Positions 54,370 through 64,000 of a stretch of DNA of 64,000 bases are shown piece after piece; position 1 is the stretch's first letter; every line of letters starts with the position of its first letter. The notes under the pieces are model-generated. The model saw nothing but the letters and a program-made list of their open reading frames with translations. It had not been told where the DNA came from and did no database searches. Made by a program: the position numbers and the translations under genes. Origin of the DNA: Lingula anatina (lineage: Eukaryota; Animalia; Brachiopoda); assembly GCA_051362555.1 (NCBI GenBank), contig CM120648.1, positions 17,294,587 to 17,358,586 on the forward strand, given 5' to 3'.

Positions 54370-55071
54370 TCATTTTTGTCCGCACGATTTTTCTATAACA
54401 TATTGTTCTGATATCGTTTCTGGCGGTGAGAGAGACAATGAAGAAGATGGCGAGTCTGCTGTCGGGTCTATAGACAAAACATCCCCGGAGCCCTGTTCGC
54501 TTTCCTCAGCTATCGACTCCATGGCGCTATAAGTCCGTGAGCGAAGGGAATCCCCTCGAAATCGTTTCGGTTTTGGGGGAAAGCTCGAGCTGGGGCTGCT
54601 CCCGCTAGTGGGGGAGTGTTTCCTCGGGCTCGAGTTAGTAGGACTGTCCGTGAGGTCCTCGTGTCCATTTTGTAACTTCCTAACGTTGTTTGGAATTAAA
54701 ATTGGACTGGACTCCGTCCGTCCGTTTTCGTCCTTTGATGTCACCGTCTCCTGCGACTTCGATTTCTTTTTCTTGCTGAATAAATTTAAGAAGGAAGACA
54801 TGAGTGACTTCTCCTTTGGTGAACTTTCTTTGGTATCGTCGAGATTGGGAAGAGACATGAATTTAGCGTTCACTTTTGTCTTACCGCTGTCTGTAAGAAC
54901 GGGCATGGACACTACTCCCGGACCATGCGGTCGGTGTTGGCGAATTATGATCGTTGCCGTCTCGTGGCGACTCGGGTCACTTTTGTGCCTCAATCGTTCG
55001 TGTTCCTTCTTTCGTTGTTCGTAGTTAGGAGCGAAGGGCATGTAGCCCTTGTGAGCGTTTGGGAACATCAT
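54370..55071 (-). CDS. Uncharacterized intronless 233-aa Ser/Lys-rich, probably disordered protein
   Basis: Long ATG-initiated ORF that is GC-richer than its flanks, with plausible protein composition and a promoter-like upstream region. No family recognised. Confidence 0.75.
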   Translation of the reverse strand: MMFPNAHKGYMPFAPNYEQRKKEHERLRHKSDPSRHETATIIIRQHRPHGPGVVSMPVLTDSGKTKVNAKFMSLPNLDDTKESSPKEKSLMSSFLNLFSKKKKSKSQETVTSKDENGRTESSPILIPNNVRKLQNGHEDLTDSPTNSSPRKHSPTSGSSPSSSFPPKPKRFRGDSLRSRTYSAMESIAEESEQGSGDVLSIDPTADSPSSSLSLSPPETISEQYVIEKSCGQK

Positions 55072-55224
55072 GATTTGAAGTCAGTTAAAGACGTCCTTTC
55101 GCTTTGTTGGACGTCTTTTCTCTGTGGCAAGTGCCACGCGGGATTCTGCCTTCAGACAACACACCAAAACAAACCGTCGTGGAAATTTGCCAAGAATCTT
55201 CCCGTCAGTTCGTGAGTGGAAACT

Positions 55225-55615
55225 GTTCTGAAACCCAACACAATCACCTCAAATTTATAGTCCTGTGATCCCACTGTATCTTCCTCTTATCTTTGCGTAA
55301 GAATCCACTCGAAATGTTAGAGATAAAGCGAGAAATCCGACCACTTCGTGCCTCTGTCAACCTTTTCACAAGTCATAGTAGGAAGTAGGTCATGCGCACT
55401 GATAGTAAGAATTCAGGCGGAACATCCGTGACGTCACGCTGACGCAAATGCAAGTGTCTAGTGAGCGTAATTCCAACCAGATGTCTATGAAAATGGAAAT
55501 CTTTTGCGAGAATGACTTTTAAAAATGACACAGAATGAATGAAAACTGGTAAAATTTATAATCTTGGACATTATTTTAAAATGTTTAAATTAAAGTTTAA
55601 GATTATGACGTAATG
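55225..55615 (-). promoter_or_regulatory. Putative promoter of the 233-aa gene: TATA plus CRE/ATF-type sites
   Basis: TATAAA (minus, 55259-55254) lies ~30 nt upstream of TCAGAACAGTT. CGTGACGTCACG palindrome at 55427-55438, TGACGCAA at 55440-55447, TGACGTAA at 55606-55613. Confidence 0.5.
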
Positions 55616-56541
55616 CTGATTTGGCCTGGTTAATCCGCTAGCCTATGAATGAACCGACTTACACGTATGTAAATACAGCCGCAGAGAAAGAGGCGGACTA
55701 CGTGCACGTCAATACTACCTGGAATGCTGCCAGGTTATCTCATAGGGAGAACCTGCGGAAAATAAATAATAAGAAAATGTCTGCAGGTTATATAATTCTG
55801 TGAGCAATATTGACAAAATAATGCATTACATGTAATATAGGAGTAGCAGACATACCAAATAAGGACTGATTCATTTTTTTTTCGTGTAATAATCGCCAAA
55901 ATAACAAATATATAATTTCCATCTTATATCTCCCTAAAAATTTCGACCATGCTTAGAAGTTGCCGCCAATATTCAGCTGTTTCACATAGTAATGACGTAG
56001 AGATATTTCATTTGACCACCCAGAATTCCTAAGCGGCGCGGCAAATGGATTTCTCCCATACAAGGTATTGCGACTACGATAAGTTTAGATCGATCGATAC
56101 TTCGTATCAAATATAACAGGCGGTGTACTCCGCCCTAGCGACTGTTGTGACAGCAGCTACTTGAACTAGATTAAGGACATTATAGTACGGATTCGAAGGC
56201 GGGGATACAAATTAATTGGGTTAAGAGGGGGGGGGGGGGGGATGTGCAGCTCTTCTTTCTTTCTTTCTTTCGTTCTTTTATATGAACTGTCACTGGAGTT
56301 AACAATAACGCGGAATATTTCTAAATGTCCTAAATATCAATGTGTTTTTTTTATTATTTTCAATTAATTTTCATCATTTTTTGTTTAATTTATAATTGAA
56401 TATGTGATTTGGTGGAAAATTGACAAATAAAATAACAACGTTTTATATAAGGCAGTTTTTCTGACATGATACAATTTTATAATTCGTATAGGAGCAGCTT
56501 ATGGCAAGCACATTAAGGTCACGCTGTTATATTTACATATT

Positions 56542-56709
56542 CAGGGGCGGATTTAGGCCGTCTTCTGGGTCTTCCAGAAGACGGTCAGATTTTCAAGTTT
56601 ACATTGAGGGGTATCTAATTTTTTCTGTCGGAAGACGGTCAAAAATGGAGGACGGATCAACAAAGATAATTTGGAAGACTGTCAGAAAATATCTCTGAAT
56701 CCGCCCCTC
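56542..56709 (+). mobile_element. MITE family C (CAGGGGCGGATT ends)
   Basis: CAGGGGCGGATT...AATCCGCCCCTC TIRs, flanked by a CATATT direct repeat (56536-56541, 56710-56715). Confidence 0.85.
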
Positions 56710-57035
56710 CATATTTATACTGATATTCATGCTCATAGTTTCCTTCAGTCGCTCTATTTATCGAGCGCAAATATACTTAACAACGCATACCAGCGCTGAC
56801 TTCCATATTGCTATATATGATGGTCCTTTTATAATGAAATGTGGAGCATTCTACATAGCCATTATTTTGATTTATAGCCAGTAAGTCGTCTGGTAATCAG
56901 TCATAAGAGGAGAGATAACGGCGTTGTGAGGAGAACCGGTACACGGGCACGCGGAGTGCACTTGGGGCGCGTTCACACTGAGATTAGATACATCGATCCA
57001 AGTGAGCGTAGTCATAGGCAACCTCTGGATAAATT

Positions 57036-57077
<42 letters not shown>

Positions 57078-58444
57078 CATTTAGTCGAACAAACCTCATT
57101 CAAACTATAATATACTATTTAAATCGCGCCAGGGATTAAAAGAGCTAGGACACAAGTTTTTAATGTCACCGTAAATATTGCGGTCTTCTGAGACCCAGGT
57201 TTGCAGTTTCGATAATTAATTACTTTGCCGTGACTTTTTACGTCCATCAGAGAAAGTCTGTTTTTAAATTTAATGTTTGTTCACTACTTGTCGAAATTTT
57301 TTTGTCTCTGCTTCTGATAATCAACCTCTTTAAATATAGACTTAGACAAAGAAGCATTTGTGTGTTAATCCTAAAAATAAGGAAACAAGGAAATGCAAGG
57401 TAGGCAGAATTTACACAAAGCAACAGAGGTCAAATTATGATAAATTAACCATTACTCACGTCCACTTGAATTTAAGAACTTATGTAAAATTAACGGAATG
57501 TACGTCATTTAAAACTAGTCTCCACACTGTTTAGAACGCTCCATTTTAAGACAGTGTGAACGCTGCAGTCTATGGAATGTGATTTAGCAGTCTGCGGTTT
57601 TAAAATAAGTCGATGTATTCTCGTTACGCCTCCTCTTTTACATAATTAGGAATTTCAAGAACAGAGTTCTTTTTTCTTGTGGGCCTTTGATTTTCTTTTC
57701 ATCTAGAGTGACCTATAATTTACAACTTTTCTTTTTTTCCCATCGCCATCGCAATATGCAGGTGGACACGCTAGTTTTCCCTTGTCGTGCTGTATTGGGC
57801 AATCAATGTGCAATGGAAATGCTAGATATTATTTGAAATATATAGATAAATCATAAGCAATTGGTGATATAATTAATAGCAACAGTTTGTTGGTAGTTTT
57901 ACCACCTAGTCAAGAACCGTTACAGTTGATCTAAAAGAACGTTTTATTATGCATGTATTTCACATGAAACCTCATAATTATGAATACCTCTAATGTTCCA
58001 GAAACAGATTGAAATCGCCTAACTCAAAAAGCACCGTTTTTTTCTTCACATTAAGGGAATATATTTTATACTCGTGCCAATTTCAGAAACATCACACACT
58101 TTACATAGCATTGTTATCATATTTCTTTAGCAATGATGGCGTCTCAAGGATCAAGTTTGTTCACTGTACTGGCAGATACATTGAAATCAGTGTGCTTGAC
58201 ACTAAACAATCACGTCGCACGCACACGGCATTCTGGCGCCTTACACTTATTATATATGCAATATTACAACACGCGATGTGTGCAGTAAAGTCATTAATGT
58301 AGTAAAGTAATAAAATGGAGAAAAAATGATAGGCCTACGTGTATCTCGTTGTTGTATTCCGATTACTACCAGTAATGTTAATATATCATGAAAAATGTTG
58401 TAATGGTGTGAGACTGATTCAGGGTTGCAAACTGGGCACACACT

Positions 58445-58491
<47 letters not shown>

Positions 58492-58577
58492 ACATACAAA
58501 GAAAGGAAAGAAAGAAAGACGCTAAGGTCTTTTATACTCAATTCTATAAAATTAGTCTACTAGCACCCAGACTTAAT

Positions 58578-58767
58578 GGGGCCGTAGCGATAGTCCGAAG
58601 GTTCAATAGTCCGAAGGTTCATTGGTCCGAATGTTCACTATAGAACCTTCGGACCAATGAACCCTTGATTAAAAAATCGATAAAAATGTTACCGCTTTTC
58701 GGACCAATGAACCTTCGGACCAATGAACCTTCGGACCAATGAACCTTCGGACTATCGAGACGCCCCC
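58578..58767. mobile_element. Foldback DNA transposon built from 15-bp tandem units, with an 8-bp TSD
   Basis: Arms of A(A/T)T(A/G)GTCCGAAGGTTC-type units and their reverse complement GAACCTTCGGACCAAT. GACTTAAT is duplicated at 58570-58577 and 58768-58775. Confidence 0.9.
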
Positions 58768-59274
58768 GACTTAATAACAGGCAGGACACTGGGAATAGAG
58801 AATGCTGCAATCCTTTCTTTGTAAGAGATCTACGAGTAGTAAAATAATTTTAATTCTCCCTTTAAAAATGAATTTTATACTTCAGTATCAAAACAGTGTT
58901 CAACTGTCGACAGAGATTTTATTCCTTATGAAACCCTACCCAAAGCAAATTGTTCGGTCAACAAGTCGATTATTATTATCTCAAGTTGACCGTGGCTATC
59001 AAACAAGTTTTCCTTTTCATAAGCGAATTATCGGACCAGAAATAATTCAAGACGATGGGCAATTATGGGACTTTGAATGCTTGTTAATAACCCGCAATAT
59101 GCTATGCGACTAGAGCTGCGACCAAAGCTGCTTATTACCATCGGTAATTACTAGAAGGCTGACCACAAACGACCTCCAGAAGTCATGGCGAGGTCAGTGA
59201 ACTGAACTGAACTGAATCTTTGTTAAGGGGTCAAACACCCTGAGTTTCTTAGGCTTTAACAGCGTCAGCCACTG

Positions 59275-59470
59275 CAGTGGTGGATTTAGAGAGTGTGGGT
59301 GTCAGGGGGGTCCTGCATCCCCCCCCCCCCCCTTTGATTTCTGAAAAAAAAACAACATCAATTAGAATTTTGACTAACCGAGTCATAGTTCTAACCCGAA
59401 CCAAATGCCATTGTTCTCCCTCTAAAATATCAGTTTTTCGGGGCCCTTCACCCCTTTTTTTTTCGCTGAA
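59275..59470 (+). mobile_element. Degenerate family B MITE
   Basis: CAGTGGTGGATTTAGA start. TTGACTAACCGAGTCATAGTTCTAACCCG is homologous to 28882-28910. The 3' boundary is approximate. Confidence 0.55.
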
Positions 59471-60192
59471 ACGATATTTTCCCACAATATAACGTTTTAC
59501 GGGGACCTATATGCTGGCAGAGATTAGGGTCAGTCGATGAATTTGAACTTCTGGGTGAGGTCATTGCAGTTCAGAGAAATTAGCCTCAGCACATAAGTCA
59601 GTCATAAATGAATAATTAATCATAGTACTGACATTAAGTGTTTTATTTCTTGGTCTTTACTGAGCGCTGACCTCTCTCCAAGAATGAACTTATCACCTCT
59701 CTTTCAAGCAGGTATTTCTAGTCCAATGAAGAATATTTGAATATAAAACAAAACAAAAGAGACAGAGAAAAGTGGGTATGTCCTCACAGACTGAATATGT
59801 ATACTTCCTTAAGCAACCACAAAACCGCAAAACGCTGACAATGAAATTGCACTGTGAATAGCAACCGCTGTTCAAATTTTTTTTTGCTAGTCTAGACCAT
59901 CTTGTATATATTTTGCTATATTGTTTATGGATAGTTTGGATTTATTTATTTAAATCAAACATGTGAAATGCTTTTTTTTTTCAACTGTAGCTGTTTTTTC
60001 ACTTTGAACGTGATATTAAAGGTCAATTTTTTTTCAAGACAGAGGAGGAACAAAGACATTGTGTTAACAGCGATTGCACAACAAAATTATGAAATCTCAA
60101 CAGCCGCAATATGAGACAACAAATATGGCTGCGCCCACGAAGACCTCGAGTTTGATCCTATTGTATATAAAAACAGCATCATGTGAGCAATT

Positions 60193-60698
60193 ATGAAGAA
60201 GAACACGATTCATTTGTTGAGTCAAAGAGAATATGGTGTAAAATGTAGTTACAGACATAATTGCAATATTATGAGAGAGCTGGTTTTGCAGGTAAACTTC
60301 TACTGTACTTTACCCCACCGAACTTTTTAACTTAGTACTGAGTAAGCTGCATGAGGTCACTGGGAAAATAATGTATTGGAAAGACCGAAAACTGTGGAAA
60401 GAATTATCTCAGATTAGAAGATGCACTTATCTTAGCAGTTTGTAGCTGAAATTATTGACAAAGAATTGGTGTAAAAAGCATATTCGAACAATATACTTAG
60501 TACTTTCTATTCTTTTCATGTGTACTGCATGCAATTGCATTTGTATACTATTGATTCACCATGACATTAATTTACTGTGAATTTTGACTTTTCAGCCAGA
60601 TGCTAAATTTAAGAAGATTTGGCAGCGTAGAGCCAAGCATCCCATTTTGTGTGAGGGGTAAGTATCATGGATGCTTGATCCCTCTCTCTCCTTCTCTC

Positions 60699-60774
<76 letters not shown>

Positions 60775-61506
60775 GTTTAGGCATAACCAGCATACATGTA
60801 CATGTTTCCAATTCTGAAATTTTAATGAAAAAAATTACTAATTTTGTAATCCTTATTTGATATTTCAGAGGGAAGCTGTACTTTGACCAGTATCGGACAT
60901 GCTTCACCAAGTAAGTGAATAGTTTGAACTGTGCAGTAAATAGGTTATCTTTCATCATTAGTGTATTGATGTTAATTGATACCAATTGTTTTGCCTTGTC
61001 ATTTGGATGAGCTGTTCAAGCAGAGGACGGAATATTTTAGGGATAGACAATTAATCACTGGTTTTCAAGATATCATCTAATGCTAGTAACCTCTGTCAAC
61101 AAATGTGTTAAGTTTTCATTGCATTGATTTGGCTTTTTGTCAGTAAAATATTTCAGTCAGTATTTTTTCTCTCTTCCAGCTACGGCATGAATGGTGTTCC
61201 AATGCAACTGTATAAACTGCCACATTGCACCTCAGCACAGAAGATAGAAGAGGGCATCATATGTCAGTCCACTTTGGTAAGATGATGTTCATTCTGTGCT
61301 AAAACTTTCAGTGCACCAGAATCTGCAGGGGAATCTGTGGACGCAAAGCAGAAATTTTGTCAAGTAACAAAATATTATTGACCCAGGGATGCCAGTATCT
61401 GACAACATGAATTCTTGTAAGCAAGTTCATTCTCTATTTCTACAACTCTATCAAGATCAGTAATAAGCAGTAGTTTTGATTAATTTCACACACACACACA
61501 CACGCA

Positions 61507-61538
<32 letters not shown>

Positions 61539-63692
61539 CACACATACACACACACACATGTGCATGCACCCACATACTAGTATACACTTTTGAAGCATAA
61601 AATTTGTCTTAGAATTATATTTCATAGTAATTTGTAGATTTGATCTTAAGAGCAGCTGTTTCTTGATCTTAAAGCATACAAACCCTTTTTCCCTTCCTGT
61701 ATGCTCATAAGCACAGATGTTCCCTATTTAAGCATAAAATTGTCTTAGAATTCATACTGATTTGTGCTATGTATTTACATATATCTCAGGAGGACCTGTG
61801 TCTTGAACACAAGGGCTACAAACCTGCCTTCCTGGCGCTGACTGCTGACAACTGGTTGGTAAGACATGACCTGGAGACGGGAGACAAACTGCAGGAGGTC
61901 TTCCTGTCCAACAAGTACAAGTTTAGGTAGTGACAGCTTATCATTTGATTGAATTAAATTGAACTATTGAATTACTGATTGGATTTTATCAAGTGATTAA
62001 TCTATATATATATTTATTTATTCATTTATTCATCAGTTAATTGAAAGAATATATAAATGTTTATATTACTCTATTATTTATTTATTTATTTATTCTTATG
62101 ATATTGAATGAAATTAGGTAACTAGGTTGCACTCTGGTGATATTTTTACTCGCTCACTCAGCTCTGTGCATTAGATACACTTGGAATGCATGCATGGTTT
62201 CAAAAAGAAGTCTCAAAGCAGGTTTATATTGCAGACACCTGTCCTGGGAGTCCGACCTTTATACCATTGTTCTGCGCTCAACACACAGCAAATTAGCAAG
62301 TGTGGCCCGTCAGGTAAGTGCTACTTGATGACATACAGTAACATTTTATGAAAAGTTTGTACAAATTAATATTGAAATCACTTTTGCTTATATTTGAATC
62401 ATTTCTGTTGGGTGATTTCTGTTATGGAAAAAGAGATTCTTGAATTGTAGTCATGATGGTAAAAATAGACCTTTAGAACTTGAAAACGGGTCTGAATAAA
62501 GTCATTTTATATCTTGGTTTTGGCAGTATAAAATAAATTTGGATGATGATGATAGATTTGGCAGACCTGAATGACTGGATGGGAGAGTGTTCAATTACCT
62601 GGAAATTTAGATTTGTGCCATGTACAGGTCTGATTCTCATGATTGTGTTTGTTGTGACAGGCAGGGTTCACACACTCTCCCCTGATGTCTCTGGCTGTGT
62701 TCACAGTCTTTCCTCTCAACATTGTAGCTGTAATGGAGGTCAGTAAGCAGGTGGGTAGCTGAAAATTATAAGATAAAAGAGATCAGTATTTCTCAGTCTG
62801 AATAATTGTTCAAACATGGTTGCAGTACATGAATGGTTACTATGCTTTGAAAGTTCTTAGATATAGATATATCTTTGTGAATTGTTTATACAATTTGTTC
62901 TCATTATATATAATATTTGCTTCAGTAAATTATTTGTGGTCAAAATTAAGAAATCTGTTCATTCCATCCTGCTCTGTTCTCTACTTTTTCTCTTTTGGAA
63001 TTTTTGGAATAGAAAATTCAAGATTTGAAAGATTCTCCACTCCAGTCCAAATTATTCTATTCTCTAGGTGTTTGGTCATGATGTGACAGATGCTATGATA
63101 TCTCAGGGACTTCTAGTTGTCATGCACCAGGGCGGTGGAGTCAGATTGTACAGCTTTGAAACCGTCCTGCTGGAGGTAGAGTATTGGGGCTGGCCTGTCT
63201 TGCTTAAGACTCCCTCTTTCATTATACTCTTAACCCCCCCCTCTCTCTCTCACACACACACACATACATACACTTGTACACACACATTCAGATACACTCA
63301 TATAGAATGGTATTTTGCAAAATTGGTGCGACAAATCTTAACAGTTTACACATTTAATTTATTAAATAATTATGTATCTGCCACAGAGATGGCACAAGTA
63401 AATAAATGTACACATTTCCATGATTTAGTGTGTATGATTTTCCTGTTTATTATTAGACAAATGACAACAAGTAAAATCTCATTTTGGATCTAAACTGGTT
63501 CAAGATACAGTCATTGTCTGAACAAACAGACATTCAGCCATGGTTATACCTCAGGACTACATTCTCTATAATTATAATTATCCTCTCCCCAGGGAAAACA
63601 GTTTAACCTCAGTCTTCAGAGCACACATTCTGGTGGAAGAGGAAAGACAGGGTCTTACCCAGACGGCATTCCTTGTAATGTTAATCTGAAAG
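60193..63692 (+). CDS. DCAF17: DDB1- and CUL4-associated factor 17 homolog, first 9 coding exons (continues beyond the window)
   Basis: Exons 60193-60291, 60596-60657, 60869-60910, 61180-61276, 61790-61926, 62235-62313, 62661-62750, 63068-63175 and 63593-63692; all GT-AG with frame preserved. Peptides KFKKIW, GKLYFDQYR, KIEEG, LALTADNWL, KFRHLSW, VARQAG, LAVFTVFP, VFGHDVTDA..SQGLLVVM..GGVRLYSF and GIPCNV match human DCAF17 as I recall it. Confidence 0.93.
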
Positions 63693-64000
63693 GTAAGAAC
63701 ATGTGTGTTATAGTTGTACAGTGGGTAACTTAGCTTAGAGGGCAGTTATAAACAGGTTACCAGAAGCTTTGCATTTCTTTGTGAAACTGCTTATGCATTT
63801 TTCTGACACAGTTCATGCTGTTGTCTCAGAGATCGAGGTTGTAATAAATTTGAAAGTGATGAGCTTTTTTGATTTTATAATTTACTTCAAATTTGTTATC
63901 CATTGTTTCCTTGACTAATTATAAAAATATTTATTTATTCATAATTTTTGATGCATTTTAAACAGTTTTGCAGAAAAAAAAAACAATTATTGTTCTAAAA

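Noticed and set aside
54608-55024. 138-aa plus-strand ORF
   Set aside because: Antisense shadow of the 233-aa ORF.
58585-58760. CRISPR-like repeat array (also 25200-25430)
   Set aside because: Units abut or have only short linkers with no unique spacers, occur in both orientations, have no cas genes nearby, and the context is eukaryotic.

Overview
AT-rich, intron-containing animal genomic DNA, probably invertebrate (mollusc-like, by inference only), with many microsatellites and small non-autonomous DNA transposons. Three host coding loci are supported: a two-exon single-pass membrane protein of unknown function (-, 32281-33922), an intronless Ser-rich 233-aa ORF (-, 54370-55071) and the first nine exons of DCAF17 (+, from 60193, running off the window). 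The main feature is a complete ~2.75-kb Crypton-type tyrosine-recombinase transposon (25836-28580). Its three-exon recombinase gene is disabled by one in-frame stop and a Tyr->Cys change at the predicted nucleophile. Its ends carry 6-bp TACATA direct repeats, imperfect subterminal inverted repeats, clustered GATATC boxes, and two long hairpins with different stems but a near-identical 12-nt loop. Positions 1-25 kb show no coding exon I can support. All analysis was by eye; no database searches were run.
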